This document shows positions 14,449 through 29,558 of a stretch of 64,000 nucleotides of DNA, one piece after another (the first letter of the stretch is position 1; every line of letters begins with the position of its first letter). The stretch spans positions 3,348,001 to 3,412,000 of the forward strand of contig OX597821.1 in assembly GCA_951406725.2 (NCBI GenBank), given 5' to 3'. The position numbers were made by a program, and so were the translations under genes. The DNA comes from Octopus vulgaris. Taxonomy: Eukaryota. A model generated the notes under the pieces. That model saw only the letters and a program-made list of their open reading frames with translations. It searched no databases and was not told the origin of the DNA.

Positions 14449-15019
14449 GTCACTGACGCAGAGTTATAGGATTTATTCATCTCAACCAGTGTATATGATG
14501 ACCGTTATTAATGCCGCAGCAAATTTTAAAAAGTGATCGAAATAAATAAAAATTAATTAAATATATATGAGTTAGAGTGGTTTAGCATGCCTAAAAAACT
14601 TATATCGGTTTAAAATATTAATTAAAAATGAAGGGTACTAGTAAGCAGTACCAATATGTTGACATAGCAGTCAAACTGACCAAACCACTGACTCAACTTC
14701 GGTCGTTCAAGGAACAGGTGGAAATAGTCAACTTTCTAATGCAAAAATAGATGAGGAGAGAGATGGGGAAACAGAGGGAAAACAGACAGATAGGGAGAAA
14801 GAGAGGGAGAGACAGACGGACGGACGCAAAAATAGATAGATAGAAAGACAGAAATAATGAAGCGTTGCTTAAATAAGAAGTCCGTAGACAGACATAGATG
14901 TCTCGAGAGCGTGTGACGGAATCAGAGTCATTATATGTGTTCATGAGAGAGATTGTGTGTATGCATTGGTATAAATGAGTGTGAATTTGTGTTTGTTTAT
15001 GCGCGCGTGTGTACGCGTG

Positions 15020-15070
<51 letters not shown>

Positions 15071-15156
15071 CAAAATGGTACGTGCGCCGCTATATATATA
15101 TAGTTATCTTACCGTTTTACCAATATATAGATATAGATATAGATATAGATATATAT

Positions 15157-15506
<350 letters not shown>

Positions 15507-15649
15507 TGTGTGTGTGTGTGTGTATTTGTCTTTGTGCGAATTCGTTAGAACATTTTGATTCTCAGTAAAATCATTCATTACAAGCATTCCGATGTATTTA
15601 GACCTATTTATCATTCTCACATGTATTAAACATATTTTGATATATCTGC

Positions 15650-16341
<692 letters not shown>

Positions 16342-16379
16342 AAGAAGAAGAAGAAGAAGAACAAGAACAAGAACAAGAA

Positions 16380-17885
16380 TAGTTTTACCAAAGAAATAAG
16401 CATGAAATTTGGTTTAGAAAAATGTGCCAACGCAATCTTGAAAAGAGCAAAACTATTTAAGAATAGCGATTAGATAAATCAAATGAAATATAAGAATTAG
16501 ACCCAAGCCAAACATACAAATACTTAGTAATCAATGTACTCGATACGATACAACACATACAAATGAAAGATAAGATAAGGAAAGAATTATATAGACGAGT
16601 TAGATTAATACTGAAAACAGAGTTCAATGAGAAAAACAAGATAATATATATCGACACCCTAGCTGTCCCAGGTTTAAGTTACTGTTACAATATTCTTAAC
16701 TGGACTCTAAATGAATTAATCAATATAGACAGGAAAACAAGAAAGATAATGACATCCTTTAGGATGTACCACACAAAATCTAACATGGAACTGTTATATA
16801 TATACACCGTATCGAAGGTGGTAGATGTCTTATACAGCTTGAAAACTATTACAAAATAACAACCATAGGACTACAGAAACACCTACTTCAGAAGCAAGGA
16901 AAACTAGTAAAAATATTTACAAAACACGATCAAAACAAAAAACTGTCTTCAGCCGTCGAGGAAGCTGAACACATATTACCAGACAACATTGAAGAAAACG
17001 AAGAAACAACAAAAGCCGTAAGCAAATGAAATCCACACTAAATCTAGAGGTGCAAAGGATCATGATAAAACATTGACAAGAAAAGCTGTTTTATGGCAAA
17101 TACTGGGTTAAACTAAACAGAAAAGAAATAGACAAAGCAAAATCTCAACGATGGCTGAGAAGCTCAAGACTCAAAGCAGAGACTGAAGGATTTTTAATTG
17201 CAGCACAAGATCAAAGACTTCTCAACAGAAATTACAAAACGCATTTAAGGAAAAGAAATACAAGTGACTACAGTATATATGGAGATGGACAACAAAATAT
17301 AAATCATATTGTCTGGGGCTGCCCAGTCCTGGCTAAGTAGGAGTATATTCACAGACATGACAGAGATGGGACATATATAGAGTAGAAGTTATGACAACAC
17401 TATGGAATAGCGACAGAAAAGAGAAAACGTTACAGAAAATGAAAAAGCAACCATACTCTGGGATATGCCAAAACACAGATACAGAAATCAAGGGCAAGAA
17501 GCCATATATAGTTGGCAGAGATCACCAACAAAAAATGCATTCTAATCGATGTATCAATACAAACAGATGACAATATTTCTCTAAAAGAAACGGATAAACT
17601 TTCATAATACGAAAATCTGGAAATAGAGTTAACTTCAATGTGTAGTCTAAAAACACAATCAATTCCTATCATTGTAGGCGCATTAGATATGATAAAAAAT
17701 ATTCAGATAAATACATAACAAATACACCAGTACTAAAAACTATATATAAAATAAGGAAAATAGCACTATTAGGCACCGTACACATACGAGCATCACAACA
17801 AACAATAGCACATACCCATGGCTCGCAGATCTGCGCTCGGTAGTGCAGTGAAAGCACGTGATAAAAATAAAAGCACTGAATTGTA
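16380..17885 (+). mobile_element. Degenerate R4/Dong-like LINE (RT thumb to RLE) flanked by (AAT)/(AAG) repeats
   Basis: MKFGLEKCA, YKYL, ETEGFLIAAQDQ, HIVWGCPVLA..EYIHRHD and IPIIVGAL motifs, with frameshifts; ends in (AAT)n. Confidence 0.88.
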
Positions 17886-17958
17886 ATAAGAACAAAAACA
17901 ACAATAATAATAATAATAAATAATATTGATGATGATGATCATAATAATGATAATGATG

Positions 17959-18036
<78 letters not shown>

Positions 18037-18056
18037 TTCTAATAATAATAATGTAG

Positions 18057-18120
<64 letters not shown>

Positions 18121-18144
18121 CAACAACAGCATAATAATAATAAT

Positions 18145-18195
<51 letters not shown>

Positions 18196-18214
18196 AATAA
18201 TAATAATAATAATA

Positions 18215-18400
18215 ACAGCGAAAAATACCTTAAGAATGAGAACCCAGGTTCGAAATTTCCGTAAGACACCTAATGAATGCTGGAGGGCATATCAGCCTAA
18301 ACGTGTTAACAGCAAACAAGATGAGGACACAAATATTCGTAAATAATGTAAATATAAATAATGAAAATAATGTAAATAATGTACTTTCAATAATATCCAG
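18215..18400 (+). mobile_element. Short PLE-terminal-repeat-like element with a decayed hammerhead core, beside (AAT)/(AAC) repeats
   Basis: gacac CTAATGA a tgctg gagggcatat cagc c TAAA cgtgt at 18265-18306. Stem II gctg/cagc is kept, with two core substitutions. Confidence 0.55.
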
Positions 18401-18468
18401 TACAATAAGCTGAGAGTTTTCATGAAATAATAATGCCAGTAAAAACAACAACAACAATAATAATAGTA

Positions 18469-19663
18469 ATCTTGTCCGGAAATTTCTGAGTGTTTTGCAG
18501 CTAAATTATTTGACGCTTCGTTGAACACACCTGAAACGTAACACGGTTAAAACTTTCAAGTTGCTTGAAGTGGTAGAGCATCTCTACTTTGTTCCTGTCT
18601 AAAAATAGATTTGTCTTTCATCCCGGCTTCCTTTTATTGACTTTTGAAATGGTTAACCAAAAATCTCATATTCACGTTGCAATAATTTTCTTTGTTCAAA
18701 AAAGGAGAAAATACTGCAAAGTGTTGCAAACGCATTTCTGAAGTTTATGGTGATGATGGTTTAGGTGAGTCAACTGTTTGAAGATGGTTTGCAAAATTTA
18801 AAGCTGGAGAGTTTAACTTGAATGATGACAGTCTCAGTGGAAGACACTCAAAACTGAATGAAGATGTTTTGAAGGCAAAAATCAAAGAAACGCAAAAATC
18901 ACAACTAGAGAACTTGCCGAGGTATTGCAAGTTTCTAAAAGTACGGCTCGTGGACAGCAGCTGAAGCTAGGATGCATTTCTCGCTATAATGAATGAGTCC
19001 CTCTCAAACTCTCAGAAAAGATTGGATTGGACCGGTATTCCGTTTATGATTTGCTTCTGAAACAGAATGAAAAGGTGCTTTTTTGAAACAATTTGTGACT
19101 GGAGATGAAAAATCGATTGTATACGAGAACGTAGAGCGAAAACGATCCTGGAGTTTGGTTAATGATTCCTTCAAAACAGCAACCAAAGACGAATATCCAT
19201 GCAATAAAAGCTATGCTTTGAGATCATTCAGACATTTTTTATTATGAGTTTCTCACACAACACCAGACTATTAATTAGTCAGCTGGCTAATTTGAACCAA
19301 AAAAAAAATCAAAGAATTGAGGCCGGACATTGCCAACAGGAAAGGAGTAATGTTCCAGCAAGACAATGCCCTACCTCTTACACCATCCGCCATATGCTCC
19401 TGATGTTGAGCCATACGACATTTTGTCTCTACAGAATTCATTGGAAGGAAACATTTAATGATTTAGATGGAATCAAAGTGCATATAGACATTTTTCTTCA
19501 AAACCAGTCAAATTCTATGCTGATGGAACATTTAAATTACCTAAAAGATGGGTAAAGGTCATTAATAATTACGGAAATTATTTGATTGAATATAATTTAT
19601 TGAAAGGTCTATTATTTATATTCCATTTTGCATATTAAAAATGGTCAGGACTGTCCGGGGAGA
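18469..19663 (+). mobile_element. Near full-length degenerate mariner transposon (transposase pseudogene)
   Basis: YGDDGLGESTV*RWFAKFKAGEFNLND, VTGDEKSIVYEN, QQDNA and HPPYAPD motifs; decayed TIRs with TA at both ends; about 1.2 kb. Confidence 0.88.
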
Positions 19664-19889
19664 TACAAGGCTTGAAGTTTCGCCTAAGGCGGAGGAAAGT
19701 CGACCCCAAAGCTCAAGTAGTCTTATTTTATCGACCGCATCGGTGGTATTTGAACTCTTAACATAAACACAGAAGAAATGACCTTGAGTATTTTGTCAAC
19801 GCTGCCAGCTCTCATCCTTAGTCATAATAATGATATTTCACTTATTATTAAATATTCCTACAAATAATAATGATGATAATGGTTCTTGT

Positions 19890-20202
19890 TGGTATTGTTG
19901 TCGTTGTTATTAATTTTAATCTGCGCGTTTGTTACAATCACTCGCCGAGACACACCCAGTGTCCTAGAGCGAGTCACGTATGACTGAAAGTTTGGGGTGA
20001 GCGTCTGACAGGGGTAGTAGCGAAATATCTTCATGTAATACAGCACATACATTTAAATTGCTAGCGTTTTTCCAAGGATGTGGGTAGTATTTCTCAGCAC
20101 AACTTTTGGATTTCTCCGCAACATGGTTCTCCTGGGATGTTGTCTAGATGCTTCTGACATCTCTTTCTTATCATACTAAAAGCACCCACAATAATAAGAA
20201 CA

Positions 20203-20205
<3 letters not shown>
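19890..20205 (-). mobile_element. R4/Dong-like LINE 3' fragment next to (TTA)n
   Basis: Minus strand reads IIVGAFSMIRKRCQKHLDNIPG...EIQKVVLRNTTHILGKTL. Confidence 0.7.
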
Positions 20206-20256
<51 letters not shown>

Positions 20257-21345
20257 CAGGTCATTGCCTGGAATCGAAGGAACTTGGAATCTTGGGCTTA
20301 GTAGCCCGCACATCGTCATAATCACAAATACCAAACAAATGAAATATAAAACTCTCTCACAGTTTAGACATATATATACAACTTATTGTCTTGTGTACTA
20401 TAGAGAATTAGAAGCAATATGGGAGTATTTACCACATAGTGGGAGCATTAAATTTTAGAGTAGATTTATGGACACTTTGCTTTAAACTATACCATTATTA
20501 TTTCTCAATGGAAAATAGTAAACACTCCCTGTTGATATAATGTTAAATGCCAGGTCATATTGAGTGAAGTAGTTTAAAGATTTCCACTCTCTTACAGTCA
20601 ATGAACCTTAATCATCTGTACGAACGTTATTCGTAAAAGCACACAAAAATTTGAAGCGTAGTGAAACGCATACTGATTACTACCACGAGAAGAATATTAG
20701 TATAAACATGCTCCCAGTGTGGATAGCACCTTTTAAAATTCACACTCCGTTCAGTCATAAACAGCATGCGTTTTTACACAAAATATACCATGTATCAATG
20801 ATAGAAAGAACGCGCAGAATATGCTATGTGCTTTGGCATAAACATTTTTAAACGTTTAAAATTAAGAACGTTTCGTAATATGTCAATTTAAACAAGACGC
20901 AATGCATAATAAATATTATGAACGTATATAGTATAACCTAATTTAAGTACGTACATAAAGTACCATATTCATCTATAAAAATGTCCCAACGAAATAGTTC
21001 TTAGAAGATTCGTAATTTTTCGACTTACTGGCCGTCATTTGATTCTTGCTAATTATGATTATTCAAGCATTAAACATAACATTTTTTTTCTTTTATGTAG
21101 GGAGTAGGCTCATGTAATTGTTGGAGCGATGTGTATGCAAATGCAAAGTATATGTGTGGTTACTTAGCAACCTGGTTATTTTAAATTAAGCTCCCACCCG
21201 TCAAAAATTAGTAATATCTTTTGTACGCATGCCTCCCACCATAGTTACAGACTGATTAATGCCTTACCGTTCAAACTTAAGTAGAGCTGAAGAGCTGGAT
21301 TGACATGCGCCAGACAAAAGCACTTACTTGCTTACATTAACTTTC

Positions 21346-22019
21346 GGATCCTCTCCTTTTGAACGGCAGTTTGTAACATAATTTCTAGGTAACTAAAAAA
21401 TTTTAAACTTCGTATATTGGTAGAGTGTGTTTATAAAACATCATTTTCTCTTGGCTTTATTGAGAAAATTCTATAGGTTGTAACATATTTCGTCTAAAAT
21501 TTCGAGCATTTCGGCAATTCTAACCAATCAGTTACCTCCATTGACGTAAATAATATTATGTGCATAATGAATATGTCCCTCCTTTAAGAAACAGATTTGC
21601 TTTATTTACATTTGTGAAGAAAAAAGATACCCTTCCCCAACCCCTACCTTCACCCTAAAACACTAACTCTAACCCTAACCCTAACCCTAAGGGTTAGAGT
21701 TAGTGTTTTAGGGTTAGGGTAAGGGTAGGGGAAGTGTATCTCTTTTCTTCACAAACGTAACTAAACCCAATCTGTTTCTTAAACAGGGACATATTCATAC
21801 AGCATGGAATGTTGTTTACGTAAATGGAGGCAATCGATTGGTTAAAATTGCCGAAATGTTAGAAATTAAAGACGAAATATCTTACAAACTATAGAATTTT
21901 CTCAATAAAGCCAAGAAAAAATGATGTTTTATAAGCACATTCTATCAGTATACGAAGTTTAAAACTTTTTAGTTACCTAGACATTATGTTACAAACTGCC
22001 GTTCAAAGGGAAAAGATCC
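21346..22019. mobile_element. Non-autonomous foldback DNA transposon (674 bp) with 8-bp TSD and central telomere-like repeats
   Basis: Ends GGATCCTCTCCTTTTGAACGGCAGTTTGTAACATAAT and its inverted counterpart. The two halves are inverted over almost the whole length. TSD taactttc at 21338-21345 and 22020-22027. The centre has (TAACCC)n facing (GGGTTA)-like repeats. Confidence 0.93.
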
Positions 22020-24445
22020 TAACTTTCTCCCGACATAGCTCTGCAAGCTTCTTTGTATGGATTGAATCTCAACACGGCAGTGTAAGATTTTAAACGCTCA
22101 CCCAATACGTACATACTTCTGTCATATAATGTTTCATATCATCGAATAATACTTTTCAAAGTGTAAATTATTTAAATTCCTGTAAGTCACGGAAATTAAT
22201 TAGCAGAATATCATTTATATGAATTAACTACTATATTACATGAATTTAATTAGATATACATGTGCAGTATTTCTCAATTTTGGGGATAATTATGTTAATA
22301 ACTTCTAAAATTGTGTTATACATCATTTGCATGCTAAACTTTCACAATATCAAAATTGCGTTATATACCATTTGCACGCTACTCTTTCGTAATATCAAAA
22401 GTCTTTAATCATATTTAGGCGACGAGAAGGCAGAGGAGTTAAGGGCATGAGGAGAATGTTTCACATTATTTATTTTGACTCTCGGAGTCCCTATAAGGAA
22501 AATTGCATCTGTAAATTAAGTTGCTGCTAGTCGGTCTCTATGCTACACTAAAGTGAGACGTCTTTACCTAATCGATTTTCTGACGTAATTTTTCTCGATG
22601 CTGTGAGCTCAAATCCCACTGTGGTGAACTGTCTGTTACTTAATTTCTGATTCGTAATAAAAAAAAAGGTATCAATCCACGCCAGATTGCAATAGGTGTG
22701 AGAACCTCGGACTGGATCCTTTGAGGCATTTGTTTTAAATTATTCATTCTACGTTCAAATCTCACCATGGCTAATCTGGATTGTGGACTTAAGCTGCCAC
22801 TTGGTTTATCTCTGTAACTTTGGACGTTGTGTTCCTTTAGTTATAACTCGACTTAGCTGTCAACATTAAAGATACGTTCGTTCCGCTTTCCCAATAGACT
22901 TGGAGGAATTTTAACAGGTCGTGGACACTGACTTCCTTTTTAATTAGAAAACAAAATAAACGAATGCGTATGAAGATACAACTAAACGAACAAAAATTGA
23001 ATGATAGCATTATAAAGTAAACTTTGCCTAAAACCTTTCTTTATATAACTTACTCATGAGGAACTTGAGGCTTGTAGAATAGACAAAAGGTTTTCTTCAA
23101 ACTGGAAACATAATGCAAATGCTTCAAACAGATGGGAGTCCGGCAAGTTCTTCGAATAGCCATATTGTTGTGTTTAAGGAGTCAAATTAAGGATTCCAGC
23201 CTAAAACGAAACTCGCTCCAGTTTTTTCAACAGATTTCCATAAATTTCCCCCTTTTTCAGTTTTAATTCAAAAGGTTTTGTTTGACCAAATGTTGTGTTG
23301 TACAGTGCTGCGATGACACACATAGCTTGCTATGTGAGCATCCTGAAGTGTGTATTTTCAAAATGTAAACTTAGTGATCTTGGCTTGTAAACTCGAGTTG
23401 GGTTGTTGAAAGGTGTGGTTCTGGAAGCATCGTGAATAAATACAAGACAAATATTTCAGGCTAGGAATGTCTTTGGTGATAATTCAGTTGAAATATGGAT
23501 GATGGGTCAGGATATGACCAGTGGATTGGCAATGAAGTATCACAAAATGTGATATGTTAAGTAAGCAAAACTTCGGAATCTAAAAGTTAAAGACTATATA
23601 AAGCAGAACTGATTGGGAAATACGTTATCATATCTCTACTCAGAATACTGGAATACATCAACTTAAGCATGATGAATAAATATGCAATGTTGCAATTATC
23701 GTGCGGGAATGACCAATCTAAATAGAAAAGGGAAAAATCCAATGCTTTATCGACGTATTTTAGTGTCCACATGGTAGGATATATATATACTCATGGCTAT
23801 CTAACATAAGGTCTATTATATTGAGTTGTCATAGTACTTTTTGTCTTTTTTTTATTTCAACCAAACAAAAAATCGTGCTACTCTATAACTTATTTCCTGA
23901 TTAATCAAAGAGATGAACCTTGGTGTCTGGTATCTCAGCCATTTATGCCACGCACCACACACACTTCATTCCCGATGCCACACTGCATAAAGTATGTGTG
24001 AGTATGTATGTCTGTATGTATGTATGTATATATGTATGTATGTATACATGTATGCCAGTATGTATGTATGTATGTATATATGTATATATGTATTCATATA
24101 TGCCTGTATGTATGTATTTATGGATGGGTAGATAGACGTGTGTATGTATTAATGTATATGTGTGTATGTATATGCATGCATGTGTTTATACGTGTAGTAT
24201 GAGGTCTTCAAAAATTATCTTTACTACTTCTGCAATTTATTGTATCTGTTAAAGTTCAGAGCAAATGGTGCCAACGCGCAAATATTGTGATATTTCTTAT
24301 AAAATTTTATTTGCTTCTCTATTTTCCTTCATTTTCATTTTTTCTGAACTTTTCAAATCGTAAAGGTAATTTATGGACACCGATTGCGTATAATTATATT
24401 ACATACGCGAGTGTAGAATTGTGAATACAAAGGCTCACACACACA

Positions 24446-24495
<50 letters not shown>

Positions 24496-26107
24496 CGTCG
24501 TCGTCGTCGTTATCATCTATAAAATACTTTTATAGCGTGTTAATGAAACCACAGCGAAAATCCTCCTTTTTAGGCGGGTGTTCTCCCATTGGATGAATCC
24601 AATGACTTGTGTTATCTTGGCAGAGACTTTGGGCTGGTTTCTTGTTGCCTTCCCCAACTGGACGACTGTTGGTCCACAAGAAGCTCGTTAGCCTTTCGAC
24701 AGGTCTAGCTTTTGGTCCTGTTGGGTGTTTGCAGACAGCCCCCTTTCAAGAGTAGCAAGCTAACTTAAGTGGGGAAACCGGTTTAATCGCCAAGCACACG
24801 ACCATGGCACAAGTGACACTAGCTTACATGATACCAGTATTAGATCTACCCCTCTTGTTATGAGCTCCCTGATCTGACTATAATATATACGGTAGTCTTT
24901 GTGAACATATTCACACATATGTGTGCATTAAGAGAGTTTGTCACTTCGTATTCGATAACGAATTTGATCTATTAACCATAAATATCTACTTGGTACAAAT
25001 TACACAGCTACAAATCTGTTCTTCAGAAAAATATATAGGTAAATATCTTGTATATAGGAAAATATCTTGTTTAAACCATCATTCTGTATATCTTAAGCTT
25101 TTTCAGATTTTTATAGTCCCAGATATTGTGATCACAAACTGGTGCTGAGGCGGAGTCAGGAGGTGATAAAATATTGCATGGATCTAAGTATTTAATTAGT
25201 GGAAAGTACAATTTCCTCTGAGTAAAACTGCCTCGTGGCTCCAACCGTCAAAATAGGAAATGTTGTACAGTGGTGTCGTTGCTAACAGCAACGATATATT
25301 TAGACCGTCCACGGGCTTTCTTCTGCTACTTTTAGAGTACATTTGGCAATGAATCTCCAACACCAACGGGATTGTGTTAGCAGAAAACGAACGGGTAATC
25401 TTTCAGTCAGTCGAACTACATCCACATTGTAATTAGTGAAATAAACTGACATTTCAATGTAACTCACAATAGTCACTTTTATTTATTAGTAGACGAGACT
25501 TCTATGTATGTAACATGATTATGCTCTTGATAGTCGATTTCAATGCTAAATACGCGCAGCACTCTCAGACACTACCCTAAAGAATCAAATGATATATTTA
25601 TTACCTCATATCATCCATCTCCTGTGAATGAATGGAGAAAAATCTCTGACCGTAACAATCATTAAGGTTTGGAAATTACATCAACATTTTCTCGATCATA
25701 ACGTTAATAGGAAGAATTTATTTGAATCGCTTTAGTTTTCTCCTTCGCTATGAGCGTGTAAATTAGTCGGTTTCTCGAACATCAACACTTATTTTGAATT
25801 CCCATCTGATAATTCCCGCTTCCATCCATTTCACAGACACTACGAAGGCGAAGCAATTTATCAAAATGTCACAATTAACTCTAAACAAATCTCTTGTATG
25901 TTTATCTTGAACAATATGTTATTACAAAATTGAAAACTGACCTTCTAAAACTTCATGACTTGTAATTCCTCGTCCAAATTTGTTATCATCGATCATCGAT
26001 GTTTCAGGTAAATCACTACCACCTAAACTATCACACGCGCATGCGCGGATACGCGTTCGTACATACACACCTGGGCGCACACACACAGACATAAATAGGC
26101 ATGCATG

Positions 26108-26153
<46 letters not shown>

Positions 26154-26265
26154 CATGCATACATTTATATACACTCATGCACACACTTGTTTGGCTATAT
26201 ATATATTTCGTTTTCGGATTTGGTTTGCAAGATTCTTTACATGAGTACGTGTGTTGAAGCATATT

Positions 26266-26496
26266 CTATTGTGTCTGGGGAGGGTTATTTTCTTCTTGCG
26301 CCTTATGATTTAACACACTCACCGGTAAAATTTCCACTTATTTCTTATTTTTATTTTCCTAAAAGACTATTTAAAAGGTTGCAAAACGCAACGAAAATTT
26401 TAGGAAAATAGAAATAAATAATAAGTGGAAATTTTACCGGTGAGTGTGCTAAATTATCAGGCACAAAAAGTAAACGACTCTCCCTAGACACAATAG
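26266..26496. repeat. Diverged inverted repeat (arms about 99 bp, 33-nt spacer) near a (TA)n tract
   Basis: 26266-26364 pairs with 26398-26496, for example ctcaccggtaaaatttccactta / taagtggaaattttaccggtgag. Confidence 0.9.
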
Positions 26497-28250
26497 TTAG
26501 TAGAAGGGATAGCTGCTTCTTGAAGGTATCTACATCCACACAATATGCTTGACTTAAAACTTTCGGTAGTATTTTGCAAAGCTGTAGACCTTTCCAAACT
26601 AAGCAATTTAAGTTTCTAGTCCTCAAACAGGGTGAAAGTGTGTAAACAGGAATTTGCCAATACGCATTGGTACCTGGTTCGGGAATGGCTGTCACTTCCA
26701 ATAGTAATGATTGGTGCAAGATCTTCCAACAACTTCCAAACATATATTAGGTTGGCAACTAAGTTACCGCCGTTTTTAAATTTAAATTTTCTGAAAGGTT
26801 TAATAAAAACTAACAATTAATTAATCAATAATGTATTCACCCTTGTTGTTTACAACTTCTTCCCAACGTTCAACACGATTTGCAATTACACGTTGGTAGA
26901 AATCACCCGATTTCGTCTCGCAAAATTGATCCAACTAAGCTCTCAATTCTGCGTCAGGATTGATCGAAACTCCGCACATAACATTGGAAAGAGATCGAAA
27001 GAGGTGGAAATCTGTTGGTGCCAAATCAGGAGAGTACGGCAGGTGGGGCAGCACTTCCCAGCGTTGGTCATATTGGCGATATGAAGGCGGGCGTTGTCGT
27101 GCAGCAGAAGAACTCCATGTTGACGATTAGGTCTTTTCTCTTGAATAGCTGTGTTGAGTCTTTCCCACTGTTGAACATAGAGTTCCGCGTTGAGCGGTTG
27201 GTTCCGTTCATGCAATTCGTAATGGATAATCACTTCCCAGTTCCACCATACGCACAACACCGTTTTATGCGGATGGATATCTTGTTTCACGCGCGGTGTA
27301 GCTTGTTTACCGGGGTTAAGACATTCCTTATGCTCCTTCATATTGATGTACAGGCACCATTTTTGTTAATCGTTGTAATATGCACATGAAATAACGCATC
27401 ACTACTGATGTTAATGCCCTGCTCACGTTGTGATATCACTCCTAGTCCAATGAAGTTTATCTACATCACATTTAACTTTGCTGATATCGAAGGAGTTGGA
27501 ATTTTTCGTAACTGAATAATATTCTCCTCAGCCCATTTATATAGCATTTAGTAATGATATAGTTATATCATTTTCATACTTCTTTATCACCCGTGATACT
27601 GCTGTAAGATCTGCATAGCTTGTGATGCCACCCACTATTAGTTTTTCATTTGCTATTTTTATCTGATTTCTTTCTTTTAAATTGGCAGGTATCCACCCAT
27701 CCAGTATCTCGAAATGGCAAGATCACACAGTTACTGGAATTTCATTCCACGATCGACCTTATCAAAGGCTTTCAAAAACCGAAACATGACATAACTTCCT
27801 TAACACATTAGGTGTTATCATGTCATTCTCTTCTAGGAAGGTCATTAGTTTTCTTGTTGACAATTTGCTTCATGATATTGATGGTATGTACGGTGAGAGA
27901 GGTAGATCTATAACTTTGTGCTTCCGTTTTTGATACTGGCACATATTCCTTCTTTAAAATTGCCCGGCAGTTTACCATTTGCTCAGAAGATCTGGAAGGG
28001 AGGCTGCTGTAGTTTTGCTTTGATTCTTAAATGTTTATAGAATACTGGCTTTAAATCCTCGAGGTTAGGTTATTTACTTAGTAGCTATCATTACATATCT
28101 CTTTAAATCGATGTAAACGACAATTGCTGGCTCCCCATGTATAGCAGTAGTGATAAGGTAATCATCTGGTTTGTTAACTTGTATTTGTCCATGAGAGAAG
28201 GTGAAAATATTTGGAATTGCATGCTCATTCAGTATTTTAACTTAGACAAA
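26497..28250 (-). mobile_element. Decayed CR1-like LINE interrupted by a mariner
   Basis: KAFDKV on the minus strand at about 27755-27772. 3' part KGLQLCKILPK...VDTFKKQL lies in ORF 26351..26743. Confidence 0.6.
26747..27378 (-). mobile_element. 5'-truncated mariner transposon
   Basis: TA + ttaggttggcaac TIR at 26745. ORF 26943..27341 reads HPHKTVLCVWWNWEVIIHYE...LLHDNARLH, followed by a shifted-frame PYSPDLAP motif. Confidence 0.9.
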
Positions 28251-28314
28251 TCGAATATTTGATGGATATCATGCCGATTGTTGTAATTGTGAACATAAAA
28301 TAATATGTATTAAT

Positions 28315-28715
28315 CAGGTGTGCTTAGTAGTTTGTTTCCCAACCACATGGTTCCGGATTTAGTCCGATTTTGTGGCACTTTGGGCAACTGTTTTTTAACA
28401 TAGCCTCCGGCCGACCAATGCCTTGTGAGAAGATTTGCTAGACGGAAACTGAAAGAAGGCCGTTGTATATATATATATATATATATATGTTTGTATGTAT
28501 GCAGGTATTATGTGTTTTTGTCCCCATCACAGCTTGATAACCGGTGTTGGTCTGTTTACGTTCCCGTAACTTAACGTTTCAACTAAAGACGGATAGAAAA
28601 AGTACTAGGCTTTAAAATAATGTCCTGCGCTCGATTTGTTCGACTTAAAACCTTTAAGGCAATGCTCCTGCATGGCCGCAGACACATGGCTGAAACAAGT
28701 AAAAGAGTAAAAGAG
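28315..28715 (+). mobile_element. SINE family A, diverged copy
   Basis: ccaaccacatggttccgg...gacggaaactgaaagaag (TA)n ...catggccgcag...gaaacaagtaaaagag. Confidence 0.85.
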
Positions 28716-28755
28716 TAATATATATATATATATATATATATATGCATAGCTATAC

Positions 28756-28789
<34 letters not shown>

Positions 28790-29464
28790 TTACATATACA
28801 TACATATATATATATATACATATATTTATGTATATATATATTTATATATATACGTATGTGTGTATGTATATTTACACATATGTATGTATATATATATATA
28901 TATACATACATAAAAATAATTATATGCACACAGATACTCGCATACATATGAGCACATACCCGCACACATTCACAAACGTAAATGTGTATTTACATACACA
29001 TTTACGCACTTGTGAAGTCTGGCGTGTATGCACTTGCACGTTTGTGTATTTGTGTGTTTGTATATGCGTATATCAATGGAAGGCACCGAATATCTTTCGA
29101 ACACTCATTTGTGTTCCCTGCTAATAGGAAAGTTTATTGTAACAATATATATTTCCTCAAGCCATAGAAACAGCCATTCCTATTCATTAACGCTACTCTA
29201 TAATTATCGTAAATTTCTGACTCCTCTCAAGAGCTCTCTACTTTAATGAATGTCTTCGAACGTTTCTGTTCCCAAGCAGTTATTTTCGCCCTTCTTAGCA
29301 ATTCATTTGTGAGAGCATTTCCTCTCCTGGCATGGTAGCAACTTTGATGTGTTTATGACTTTCCATTGTCTCCTTACGGTTTGGTCATAACACTATATCC
29401 AATAAGTACACTGCTTAGGTACATACTATTAGAGAACTGTTAATTATGTAAGTGAACGTTACTT

Positions 29465-29479
29465 AAAATAATAATAATG

Positions 29480-29558
<79 letters not shown>

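Noticed and set aside
21640-21732. Inverted telomeric repeats as a chromosome fusion or true telomere site
   Set aside because: Only a few units, and they are internal to a TSD-flanked foldback transposon. The orientation (CCCTAA then TTAGGG) is also opposite to an end-to-end fusion.
23000-23560. Possible very old PLE endonuclease fragment on the minus strand
   Set aside because: Only a vague LC...EE.L..IL resemblance; too decayed to call.
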